From positions 12,214-44,213 of the forward strand of contig NZ_SNUY01000033.1 in the NCBI RefSeq assembly GCF_004376175.1: a stretch of DNA of 32,000 nucleotides, given 5' to 3'. Made by a program: the position numbers and the translations under genes. The notes below the pieces were generated by a model. That model did not search any database, was not told the origin of the DNA, and worked only from the letters and a program-made list of their open reading frames with translations. This stretch comes from Halalkalibacterium halodurans. GTDB taxonomy: Bacteria; Bacillota; Bacilli; Bacillales; Bacillaceae_D. Below, one piece after another: positions 1-7,710 of this stretch (position 1 is its first letter; each line of letters begins with the position of its first letter).

Positions 1-37
1 CAAAAAGATCTAAATCTACTTGCTTTGTCATATTCAT
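1..37 (-). CDS. 5' end of an unidentified gene that runs off the window (MNMTKQVDLDLF...)
   Basis: ATG at 35-37 with a second in-frame ATG at 29-31; the frame is open to position 1. It lies 46 nt downstream of the carboxyltransferase stop on the same strand. Only 12 codons are visible, and an alternative GTG frame cannot be excluded. Confidence 0.3.
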   Translation of the reverse strand, partial: MNMTKQVDLDLF

Positions 38-83
38 TGCGGCCGCAGGGCCGCTTCCCTCCTTCCCAATTCCGGCCCACTCA

Positions 84-1634
84 CTATAAAGGAATGTTGC
101 CGTGCTTTTTCTTTGGAAGAGTTTTCTTTTTATTTTTTAACATCGCAAGGGCACTCACTAGGCTTTTTCGTGTATCTCGTGGGTCAATCACATCATCAAT
201 CATTCCATTGGCAGCCGCTACATATGGATTAGCAAACCGCTCGCGATACTCTGAAATTTTCGCTTGCCGAGTGGCTTCAGGGTTGGCACTTTCTTTTATC
301 TCTTTAGCAAAAATAATATTGGCCGCCCCTTCCGGTCCCATAACAGCTAGCTCTGCATTCGGCCATGCGAAGACTAAATCGGCTCCAATCGCTTTACTAT
401 TTAATGCGACGTACGCTCCGCCATATGCCTTCCGCAAAATCACGGTTATTTTCGGCACCGTTGCTTCAGAATAGGCGTACAAAATCTTTGCTCCGTGGCG
501 AATAATTCCCCCATGCTCCTGCTGAACACCAGGTATGAATCCGCTTACATCCTCAAATGTAATGAGGGGAATATTAAAACAGTCACAGAAGCGGATAAAC
601 CTTGCGCATTTGTCTGATGAATTAATGTCTAAACCACCCGCCATCATTTTCGGATTGTTGGCAATGATTCCGACCGTATCCCCGTTGATTCGAGCGAAAC
701 CAACGACAATGTTTCGGGCAAACTGAGGCTGGACCTCAAGGAACTGTTCATCATCCACTACTTTTTCAATGACGTGGCGCACATCATATACTTTCGTTCC
801 GTCAACAGGGACAATGTCAAGCAATTCCTGCACCCGTTCGTCGAGGGGAACAAAATGCTTCGCTCGTTGATGTGGGGGCTTTTCTTCAAAACTCGAAGGC
901 AAATAGGAAAGGAGATTCCGCACCTGTTGTAAAACCTCCTCTTCAGAAGCGGCAGTGAAATGGGCGTTTCCGCTTATTGTGGAATGAACCTTGGCCCCGC
1001 CTAAATCTTCGCTGTTTATTTTTGCCCCTGTCACGCTTTCAATCACCTTCGGGCCTGTGATAAACATTTGACTCGTTTTTTCGACCATGAACACAAAATC
1101 AGTGATTGCTGGAGAATAGACAGCCCCCCCAGCACATGGACCTAAAATCACTGAAATTTGCGGGATGACACCTGAATAAATCGAATTCCGATAAAAAATT
1201 TCCCCATATCCATCAAGGGAGCGAACACCTTCTTGAATTCGTGCCCCTCCCGAATCATTTAGACCAATAATCGGGGCCCCATTTTCCGCGGCAAGGTCCA
1301 TCACCTTTGTGATTTTCCTCGCGTGCATTTCCCCTAACGCGCCCCCAAAAACCGTAAAGTCTTGAGCGAAAAGAAACACGAGTCGCCCATCGACTTTTCC
1401 ATATCCGGTAACAACGCCTTCGCCAGGGGCTTCAGCCGTTCCAAAATCCAAGCCACGATGCTCGATAAATGGATTTAATTCGACAAACGTTCCTTCATCA
1501 AGGAGCAAGTCGATTCGTTCACGTGCCGTCAGCTTTCCTCGGTCATGTTGGGCATCGATCCGCTTTGATCCACCCCCGAGCTTCACTTTATCGCGACGTT
1601 CTTCCATTTCATGAATCCGATCAAACATATCCAT
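84..1634 (-). CDS. Acyl-CoA carboxylase carboxyltransferase (beta) subunit, propionyl-CoA carboxylase / methylmalonyl-CoA carboxyltransferase family
   Basis: The 516-aa product contains GKLTARERIDLLLDEGTFVE and a full two-lobed carboxyltransferase layout, matching PccB/YqjD-type proteins from memory. I prefer the ATG at 1634 (GAAAGGAG 8 nt upstream) over the GTG at 1652 in the ORF track. The TetR stop TAA lies 1 nt before this ATG. Confidence 0.9.
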   Translation of the reverse strand: MDMFDRIHEMEERRDKVKLGGGSKRIDAQHDRGKLTARERIDLLLDEGTFVELNPFIEHRGLDFGTAEAPGEGVVTGYGKVDGRLVFLFAQDFTVFGGALGEMHARKITKVMDLAAENGAPIIGLNDSGGARIQEGVRSLDGYGEIFYRNSIYSGVIPQISVILGPCAGGAVYSPAITDFVFMVEKTSQMFITGPKVIESVTGAKINSEDLGGAKVHSTISGNAHFTAASEEEVLQQVRNLLSYLPSSFEEKPPHQRAKHFVPLDERVQELLDIVPVDGTKVYDVRHVIEKVVDDEQFLEVQPQFARNIVVGFARINGDTVGIIANNPKMMAGGLDINSSDKCARFIRFCDCFNIPLITFEDVSGFIPGVQQEHGGIIRHGAKILYAYSEATVPKITVILRKAYGGAYVALNSKAIGADLVFAWPNAELAVMGPEGAANIIFAKEIKESANPEATRQAKISEYRERFANPYVAAANGMIDDVIDPRDTRKSLVSALAMLKNKKKTLPKKKHGNIPL

Positions 1635-1635
1635 T

Positions 1636-2295
1636 TTACACACTCCTTTCACCCGTCCTTAAACCATGCTGAAGAAACAGCGATTGATAATCAGGACGAG
1701 TCAATGCTTCTTGCGTCAACACTGCGTGCAATACTAAATCAGCATAAATGTCTGCAATCTCGGCCACAGAGTACTTTCCGGATGTTTTATACCATTTATA
1801 TGTCCAGTTGATCATCCCAAAAATAGCCATGGATGTAATCGGGACAGGAATTTCTTCTCGGAACTCACCAGCGTCAATCCCTTCCTTGACTAAGCGAAAC
1901 ATTAATTGTTTATATTGATCACGTTTCTTTTTAATATCCTTAAAGTAATCTGAACTTAAATATAATGACTCCTGATAAAATACAGTTACATGGGGACGAT
2001 AAAAATCAAACATCATGACAAACGAACGGACCGTAGCATGGAGACGTTCTGCTGGTGTTTCATACTTTTCATACGCTTCTCTCGCTTTTTCGAGCACATA
2101 CGTAATGAACGAATCATGAATGGTGTACAATAGCTCATCCTTTGATTTAAAATTATGATAAAATCCTCCCTTCGACGTCCCACTTTCTTGCACGATTCGA
2201 TCTACCGTTACGGCGTGAAACCCATGTTCCTCAAAAAGAAGGAGGGCCGTTTCGATAATTCGCTCCTTTGTTGATCTTTTCAATATACGTTCCAC
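1636..2295 (-). CDS. TetR/AcrR family transcriptional regulator
   Basis: N-terminal HTH signature TVDRIVQESGTSKGGFYHNFKSKDELL in a 219-aa protein. GTG start with GAGGAG upstream. Probably translationally coupled to the carboxyltransferase gene. Confidence 0.9.
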   Translation of the reverse strand: MERILKRSTKERIIETALLLFEEHGFHAVTVDRIVQESGTSKGGFYHNFKSKDELLYTIHDSFITYVLEKAREAYEKYETPAERLHATVRSFVMMFDFYRPHVTVFYQESLYLSSDYFKDIKKKRDQYKQLMFRLVKEGIDAGEFREEIPVPITSMAIFGMINWTYKWYKTSGKYSVAEIADIYADLVLHAVLTQEALTRPDYQSLFLQHGLRTGERSV

Positions 2296-2333
2296 CCTTC
2301 TCCTCGATCAGACCGACTAGTCAGTCCTTTGTT

Positions 2334-2348
2334 TGTATCCGCTTTCAT
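2334..2348 (-). promoter_or_regulatory. cre-like (CcpA) site at the predicted transcription start
   Basis: Minus strand ATGAAAGCGGATACA fits the remembered consensus WTGNAANCGNWNNCW at every defined position. It abuts the -10 box. Confidence 0.45.
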
Positions 2349-2375
2349 TTTATGAAACGTTCGCATCATTGTCAA
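2347..2375 (-). promoter_or_regulatory. Sigma-A type promoter of the tetR-carboxyltransferase operon (TTGACA-17-TAAAAT)
   Basis: On the minus strand, TTGACA (plus 2370-2375), an exact 17-nt spacer, then TAAAAT (plus 2347-2352). It sits about 50 nt upstream of the GTG start. Confidence 0.65.
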
Positions 2376-2534
2376 TGAATTCTGATGACAATCTCACTTA
2401 ATCTACTTCTCCCGCGAAAAAAAGAACGATGGAATGGATTATCTCTCTATTATTTGGACATGCTAAAATTAATAGTAAAAGAGCTTGCACCCTTTGGCCA
2501 AAAGCTCATATTTTATCAAAGAGAGGTTGTAAAG

Positions 2535-2720
2535 GTGGGGGTCGTGGTGAAGTTTGAGAAAGCTAAAATGCAATCGTTGCTAGAGCATGACCGCTTTCTA
2601 CGTGAAACGTACATTGATGCGATTCAAGTAATGGACGAAGAAGAAGCGTTGCGTTTGCTTTATGATGTGATGATCTTAAAGGAACCGCTTCAACAAAATG
2701 CTTACTTGCATTTAACTTAA
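2535..2720 (+). CDS. Small hypothetical protein (about 61 aa; start uncertain)
   Basis: The ORF is open from 2385, but the only SD-like sequences (GAGAGG, GGTGGGGG) precede the GTG codons at 2535-2549. An ATG at 2568 is also possible. It ends at a bidirectional terminator. No family recognised. Confidence 0.4.
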   Translation: MGVVVKFEKAKMQSLLEHDRFLRETYIDAIQVMDEEEALRLLYDVMILKEPLQQNAYLHLT

Positions 2721-2754
2721 TCATTAAAGTGCTTTGGAATAGCCATTAAAAGAA

Positions 2755-2781
2755 ATGCCCACCCGCCGAAAGGGTGAGCAT
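2755..2781. terminator. Bidirectional rho-independent terminator
   Basis: ATGCCCACCC / GGGTGAGCAT stem (9 of 10 bp) with loop GCCGAAA. T-rich runs follow on both strands. It lies between convergent genes. Confidence 0.7.
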
Positions 2782-2788
2782 TCTTTTG

Positions 2789-3082
2789 TTAAAAAAAGAG
2801 TAATTGGAGTTTATGCCCTTGCTCTTCAACTGTTTTTCCGTTTTTATACTCGTCTATAAATACTTGACGCTTGTTCGTAAGTGACATAAATGCGTCTTGA
2901 TCCCGTTTTTCTAGCGCCTGATCGATCGCTTCGTCAATTTCCTTTTTTCGATATGCAAAGATCGCATATTCTAAAATGGCTTGAGCGTACAACGATTGTA
3001 AAACGGACTCAGGACGCTTTTCGACTCTCAACTTTCGCAATTGACGTAGTGCCTGCCGCTCCATCGCAAAATGTTGGCTCAT
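2789..3082 (-). CDS. IDEAL domain-containing protein
   Basis: The sequence KKEIDEAIDQALEKRDQDAFMSLTNK matches the IDEAL-domain signature. ATG 3082 has AAAGGGGA 8 nt upstream. The ORF-track start at 3148 lacks an SD, so the N-terminus is uncertain. Confidence 0.7.
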   Translation of the reverse strand: MSQHFAMERQALRQLRKLRVEKRPESVLQSLYAQAILEYAIFAYRKKEIDEAIDQALEKRDQDAFMSLTNKRQVFIDEYKNGKTVEEQGHKLQLLFF

Positions 3083-3372
3083 CGTCCGCATCCCCTTTCT
3101 TATTAAATTTCCATTCTCCGATTGTTGCCGGTCATAGCGTTCATTCAACCAGATGAGTGCTAATTCTCTGGTTTACCTCTCTATTCCCCGTATAACTTAA
3201 TCGAAAACCTTTTCATTCTTTCTTTTTTTCGGAAATTTAGTATCAATTGCGAGCACTTTTTATGCTCGTGACAGTAGGAGATGCTAACTATGATCAATCA
3301 TCATCTGCAAAAAGTTGCGTGAGGAACCGTACTATTTTAGTGAAAATTCATTACTAATCAATTTATCCTCTT

Positions 3373-4146
3373 TTAGGATGACTTTTCCTGCTGGGCTGCC
3401 TGTTCTCGCAATTGCGCTGCCCGCACTTCCCGCTGCTCTGTGTTCATTTTCGGACAGGAGTAACAATAGTTTCCTTCTTCCTTTAAATAGCTTAAACAAC
3501 AGGCAGGTTTGATTCGAACATGTTCGTTCGGGTCCGCCCAACTGCTGACATAACGAAACTTTACATCGAACGGATTCCGTTTTAAGCCAAATGCGTCTCC
3601 ACTTAACTGCTTTAAAACCTCACCATCTGTCCGGATTCGCAGTTGGGTCGTTTGATCAGTTTCTTTTTTTAACCACGCACTTTGCTGTTGATAAAGGGGA
3701 AATGCTAGTAAACCGAAGGCATGGGTTTTCGGCAAATCAGCTACTTCTGCTATATTTTCAATGATCGGGGCGATTCGTTTAGCAAGTGCGGTAAAATATG
3801 AAGAAATGCTATTCGGTGCTAATGGTTCTAGTCTGGCTCGCCTGAGCTCAAAGCCTACTTCCTTGCCTTTAGAAAAAAACGCCAGTTCATCAAACAGAAG
3901 CCACTGGTTCTTAACAGACGCTAAATAGTAGTGGGCAGCAAATAGGAGGGAGAAGGGCTTGATCATGCTTGCGCCTCCCACTTTTAACTCTTTCCCTTTC
4001 AAAATCCCATTCCGCCATACCACCATTTTCCGTGCGCCTTCCTTACCAACAAGTCCTGTTTCTGTGATCATTAGATCTACCTTTTCCACAGGAAATGTAT
4101 GGATGAAAAACATTTCCTTTAACTGGTGCTGAATCTTTTCATCCAT
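3373..4146 (-). CDS. FhuF-like (2Fe-2S)-binding protein / IucA-IucC C-terminal-like domain protein
   Basis: The C-terminal cysteine cluster PACCLSYLKEEGNYCYSCP is typical of the FhuF C-terminal 2Fe-2S motif. ATG 4146 is preceded by AAGGTGGGTG. A TTG at 4152 is an alternative start. Confidence 0.65.
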   Translation of the reverse strand: MDEKIQHQLKEMFFIHTFPVEKVDLMITETGLVGKEGARKMVVWRNGILKGKELKVGGASMIKPFSLLFAAHYYLASVKNQWLLFDELAFFSKGKEVGFELRRARLEPLAPNSISSYFTALAKRIAPIIENIAEVADLPKTHAFGLLAFPLYQQQSAWLKKETDQTTQLRIRTDGEVLKQLSGDAFGLKRNPFDVKFRYVSSWADPNEHVRIKPACCLSYLKEEGNYCYSCPKMNTEQREVRAAQLREQAAQQEKSS

Positions 4147-4152
4147 CGACAA

Positions 4153-4374
4153 TCACCCACCTTTTTTCATTCCATCTGTCCGTTTAATAGACTGAATTTC
4201 TGTAAGAGCTAGATGATGTACACTTTTACCATCATCATCGTAGACAAGACATGCCCTTTTTTTTGAATCATAATGTAATATTCGGCCGATGACTTTTTGG
4301 TCACCTTCGAGCAAGGAGATGACAACAAGCTGATTTTCGTCAATCCAACGCTGTATAATTTCTAATTGTCTCAT
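4153..4374 (-). CDS. Small hypothetical protein (73 aa), first gene of a two-gene unit with the FhuF-like gene
   Basis: Intact ORF. Its TGA stop sits 6 nt before the next ATG, and the downstream SD lies inside its last codons. No family recognised. Confidence 0.5.
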   Translation of the reverse strand: MRQLEIIQRWIDENQLVVISLLEGDQKVIGRILHYDSKKRACLVYDDDGKSVHHLALTEIQSIKRTDGMKKGG

Positions 4375-4493
4375 CTTGACCTATCGCTCCGATCTTTCTT
4401 CTTGTTTTTTAAATGGTACTTGTCATTGTAGCAGAAAAGGGGTACAATAAACAACGAACACATGTTCCTATTTTGATTTTGGAGGTGACTGGC

Positions 4494-4853
4494 ATGTTAA
4501 ATGAAGTACAGCGAAACCTTGTGCAACGCTATATTATTTTAACACTAGTTCGCCAAGCACTAGAGAAAGATTTTAACACGTTACAGGCTTCCTCGCTCAT
4601 CTGTCAGGAGTTGCTTCATTCGTTTCTAACGGAACGTATGCATGAAGTAGGTCGAGAAATCGGGGCTCTCCAGCGTGATTTACGTAAACAGAAATTAACG
4701 ATCAAAAAAGAAAAGAACGACGGATTTTTCACAAAATACAGTTACTACTTTAAAGGATATGAAGGGACTTTCTCATTGTTGAATGCCAGATTAAAACACG
4801 ACACTCTCACCTATATGAAGCGACACCTTTTTAAACTGGAGACTAAACAGTAG
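4494..4853 (+). CDS. Hypothetical protein (119 aa)
   Basis: The ATG at 4494 is preceded by GGAGGTG with 6-nt spacing, whereas the ORF-track start at 4413 has no SD. A strong terminator follows. No family recognised. Confidence 0.55.
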   Translation: MLNEVQRNLVQRYIILTLVRQALEKDFNTLQASSLICQELLHSFLTERMHEVGREIGALQRDLRKQKLTIKKEKNDGFFTKYSYYFKGYEGTFSLLNARLKHDTLTYMKRHLFKLETKQ

Positions 4854-4941
4854 AAGCTTGGCTTTCCCCTAAGTCTTAATTTAGCAGCGCTCGGTTATCT
4901 TATATTTTTTTGCTAGAAAATAACGTTCTTACTCAAAACAA

Positions 4942-4969
4942 AAACAAGGAAGAAAAGCCTTCCTTGTTT
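4942..4969. terminator. Bidirectional rho-independent terminator
   Basis: 11-bp stem AAACAAGGAAG / CTTCCTTGTTT with loop AAAAGC. T-rich tracts on both strands. It lies between convergent genes. Confidence 0.85.
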
Positions 4970-4971
4970 GT

Positions 4972-6138
4972 TTAGCTAGGAACTTGCCATTTTTGCTCTG
5001 TCTGCTTCGTCTTAAACAATCGTTTGGTAATAGCAGGGGCAGACTGAAACAAAACGATTCCAAGCATTGCGGAAGCAAGGATAAAAATACTCCCAAACGC
5101 TTGAACTGTACCTGTTGCTAAGGCTGCAATAATAATGGAAAACTCGCCCCGCTGTGTCAAAGACAGCCCTGCACGTAGAGCTACTTTTTTTGATAGACCG
5201 TACAGTTTACCACCAACCATTCCAACAATAATTTTTCCAACAATGGACCAAACAAGCAAGGTTATTAATAATCCAATCATCGGAACCCCTTCAGAAAAGG
5301 AAATGGTTGTCCCGAAGTAGAGAAAAAAGATTGGGAGGGTTAAGTCACGAAGCGGGACAACGAGACCTTCCAGCTGGTGGGATCGCTTCACTTCTGCCAG
5401 CATAATTCCTGCTAAAAACGCACCCAACACTTCTGACAATTCTAAGTAAAGGGCAAACCCTCCATAGGCTATCGCCACCCCCACGACAAAAAGAATAAAC
5501 ACATCACTGGATAAATGGCGATCAAAAAAAGGTCCCAACTTGCTAAATAAATATCTGCCTAACACAATAGCCACAATCGTCAAAAGAAAGACTTTACCCA
5601 TTAACAATGCCAAAGCCCCACCAGTAATTTCTTCTCCTGCCGTTAGCCCGACTAAAACAGCTACAAGTACAGGAGCAACCAAATCTTCAAAAATCAGCAA
5701 TCCGAGAATAAACTCTGATTCAGGGTTCGCCATCCGTTTAGAGCTTTCGAGCATTTTCGCTGTAATCGAAGAGCTAGTAGCATAAACAACCCCACCAATA
5801 AGAAGAGATGAGATGAGATCCAGCCCGAAAAGTAGGCAAATTCCTGTTGCAATTCCGAAGTTCAAAACGACATCGATCGATCCTGCTGGAGTCACTTTTT
5901 TCGCAACCCCAACAAGTTGCTTTAAAGGAAATTCCATGCCGAGCATAAAAAATAACAGAACGATTCCTACTTCACCTACAAAGTGTACCATGTGAGAATC
6001 TGTCAATAGTCCGCTGACAGCAATCCCGAGCAATATGTAAACGATCACCTCTGGTATTTTCCATTTTGCTCCTAGAAAACCTGTCACAAACAAAAGTAAG
6101 AGTACGAGGCCAGCACCAAGTAATTCTGGAATATCCAA
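4972..6138 (-). CDS. khtU: K+/H+ antiporter, CPA2 family (KhtU/YhaU-like)
   Basis: 388-aa polytopic membrane protein with Kef-type cation:proton antiporter character. It lies 5 nt downstream of a KhtT-like gene, the same arrangement as B. subtilis. Confidence 0.8.
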   Translation of the reverse strand: MDIPELLGAGLVLLLLFVTGFLGAKWKIPEVIVYILLGIAVSGLLTDSHMVHFVGEVGIVLLFFMLGMEFPLKQLVGVAKKVTPAGSIDVVLNFGIATGICLLFGLDLISSLLIGGVVYATSSSITAKMLESSKRMANPESEFILGLLIFEDLVAPVLVAVLVGLTAGEEITGGALALLMGKVFLLTIVAIVLGRYLFSKLGPFFDRHLSSDVFILFVVGVAIAYGGFALYLELSEVLGAFLAGIMLAEVKRSHQLEGLVVPLRDLTLPIFFLYFGTTISFSEGVPMIGLLITLLVWSIVGKIIVGMVGGKLYGLSKKVALRAGLSLTQRGEFSIIIAALATGTVQAFGSIFILASAMLGIVLFQSAPAITKRLFKTKQTEQKWQVPS

Positions 6139-6143
6139 TAGAC

Positions 6144-6632
6144 TTACGCCTCCCCTTCACAGAGACGCTCGAACCGATCAATTTGTTCTTGTTTTCCTAC
6201 TGCAATTAAAACATCCCCTTGATAAAGAACTTCGTCAACTTCTGGGCTCGCCTGTACCTCACCCTCTCGTACAATTCCAATAACTGATACACCCGTTTTC
6301 TTACGAATGTTCGCCTCTCCTATCGTCTTATTGACAATGGGGGAATTCTTTTTCAATTCAATCCATTCCATCACCATTTTGTTTTTAATCATCTTCATTT
6401 TGTCATTATCCACCGGCTGAAACACAGCCCCAAGTAACTGTGCCCCTAACTCTCGTGTTTCATCAGCTGTTAAATTGATGGCAAAATCTGGTTCATCGTT
6501 GTCTTCATGGGCAAAAAAATAGAGCTCTCGCTTACCAGTATGATGAATAATGAGAACAATCATATTTCTTTGTGCTGTCATAAATGTCATTTTCTTACCG
6601 ATTCCCGGTAAGTCAGCCATTTTCACTTCCAT
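6144..6632 (-). CDS. khtT: K+/H+ antiporter regulatory subunit with a TrkA-C/RCK_C domain (KhtT/YhaT-like)
   Basis: The N-terminus MEVKMADLPGIGKK aligns by eye with B. subtilis KhtT (MNIKENDLPGIGKK). The C-terminal RCK_C-like segment is GVSVIGIVREGE...GDVLIAVG. Confidence 0.8.
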   Translation of the reverse strand: MEVKMADLPGIGKKMTFMTAQRNMIVLIIHHTGKRELYFFAHEDNDEPDFAINLTADETRELGAQLLGAVFQPVDNDKMKMIKNKMVMEWIELKKNSPIVNKTIGEANIRKKTGVSVIGIVREGEVQASPEVDEVLYQGDVLIAVGKQEQIDRFERLCEGEA

Positions 6633-6790
6633 TCGTCACTACATCCTTTCTTTTTCCTAGATTACATTTTAACTACTCTACATCATTATAGTATACAAGC
6701 GTAGAAGCGTGCATTTATTTGGAACGTAAAACAAGAATTCTATAGCACCTTCTTTTTCTCATCTTTTAGGAAGGCAATCTTTCTTAAAGT

Positions 6791-6829
6791 TGAACAAAAA
6801 AGAAAACCCACATGAACAGCGAGTTTTCT
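6791..6829 (-). terminator. Weak candidate terminator after cheY
   Basis: 7-bp A/U-rich stem AGAAAAC / GTTTTCT with a 15-nt loop, followed by TTTTTTGTT on the minus strand. Confidence 0.3.
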
Positions 6830-6841
6830 TTAAGGTAGCTC

Positions 6842-7204
6842 TTATTTTCCTAGTACTTTGTTAATCGCTTCAATGACGCGATCTCCTTGAAATGGTTTAA
6901 CGATGAAATCCTTCGCCCCTGATTGAATAGCGTCAATCACCATCGCCTGTTGTCCCATCGCCGAGCACATAATGACTTTCGCATCTGCATCATAAGCTTT
7001 AATTTCTTTCAATGCTTGAATGCCATCTTTTTCAGGCATCGTGATATCGAGTGTGACGAGGTCAGGTGAATGCTCTTTATATAATTGAACGGCTTCTTCT
7101 CCGTTCGCTGCCTCTCCTACGACCTCAAAATCGTTTTTCGTTAAAATGTCTTTAATCATCATTCTCATAAATGCCGCATCATCCACGACTAATACGGTTG
7201 CCAT
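6842..7204 (-). CDS. cheY: Chemotaxis response regulator CheY
   Basis: 120-aa single receiver domain. It has DD (VVDDAAFMR), the phospho-acceptor context LVTLDITMP, and KPF. It follows cheW directly. Confidence 0.9.
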   Translation of the reverse strand: MATVLVVDDAAFMRMMIKDILTKNDFEVVGEAANGEEAVQLYKEHSPDLVTLDITMPEKDGIQALKEIKAYDADAKVIMCSAMGQQAMVIDAIQSGAKDFIVKPFQGDRVIEAINKVLGK

Positions 7205-7227
7205 GTTTATCTACCTATCCTTTCATT

Positions 7228-7695
7228 CTACGTTGAGAGTTGTCCCTTTTTCCGTTGGATTACTTTTTCTAAGTTTAACAAAGTGAATAAACGATCTTCT
7301 TCTTTTACAACACCTCGTAAGTAATCTTCCTGTACACCACCAACCACTTCAGGAGTCGGCTCGATTTTTTCAGCAGGAACGTCGACGACATCATTAGCTC
7401 CATCTACAACAAAGCCAATTTCAACCCCATCATCGGCAATAACAAGTATCCGAGTGGAATCATCGTGCGCCTTTGCTGGTAATCCGAAGCGGGCTCGTAA
7501 ATTAATGACTGGTGTAATCACCCCGCGGAGGTTCATGACACCTATAACATATGAAGGGGTTCCTGGGATTCGCGTCACTGGTTGCATCCGCTCAATGGAC
7601 TGAATATAGTCCACTTCAATCGCATACTCTTCATCCCCTAATTGAAAAACAATAAGCTTTAAATCGTTTTTTGTTGCCATTTCGCTGGACACCAT
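7228..7695 (-). CDS. cheW: Chemotaxis coupling protein CheW
   Basis: 155 aa. Contains YAIEVDYIQSIE...VIGVMNLRGVITPVINL, typical of a CheW domain. SD AGGAGGGAG upstream. Confidence 0.9.
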   Translation of the reverse strand: MVSSEMATKNDLKLIVFQLGDEEYAIEVDYIQSIERMQPVTRIPGTPSYVIGVMNLRGVITPVINLRARFGLPAKAHDDSTRILVIADDGVEIGFVVDGANDVVDVPAEKIEPTPEVVGGVQEDYLRGVVKEEDRLFTLLNLEKVIQRKKGQLST

Positions 7696-7710
7696 TTAAC
7701 TCCCTCCTTG

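Larger units (their letters stand above)
2312..2378. promoter_or_regulatory. Two palindromes, candidate TetR operators
   Basis: TCATTGtCAATGA (2366-2378) is a perfect 6+6 palindrome overlapping the -35. ACCGACTAGTCAGT (2312-2325) is symmetric at 12 of 14 positions and lies in the 5' UTR. Confidence 0.4.

Noticed and set aside
25-474. Long plus-strand ORFs antisense to real genes, for example 25-474, 8162-8497, 8789-9235, 18367-18741, 24163-24626 and 26638-27063.
   Set aside because: Each lies entirely inside a well-supported minus-strand gene. Their composition is low-complexity and rich in Ser/Pro/Thr, typical of antisense frames, and they lack SD sequences. I treat them as shadow ORFs.
3286-3300. 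A Fur-box-like TGATCAATCATCA near the FhuF-like gene.
   Set aside because: It matches only about half of the 7-1-7 consensus, and it lies downstream of the gene rather than at its promoter.
3336-3350. A CodY-box-like sequence ATTTTAGTGAAAATT (12 of 15 matches to AATTTTCWGAAAATT).
   Set aside because: It has three mismatches in an AT-rich intergenic region, and its position relative to any promoter is unclear. That is not enough to call.
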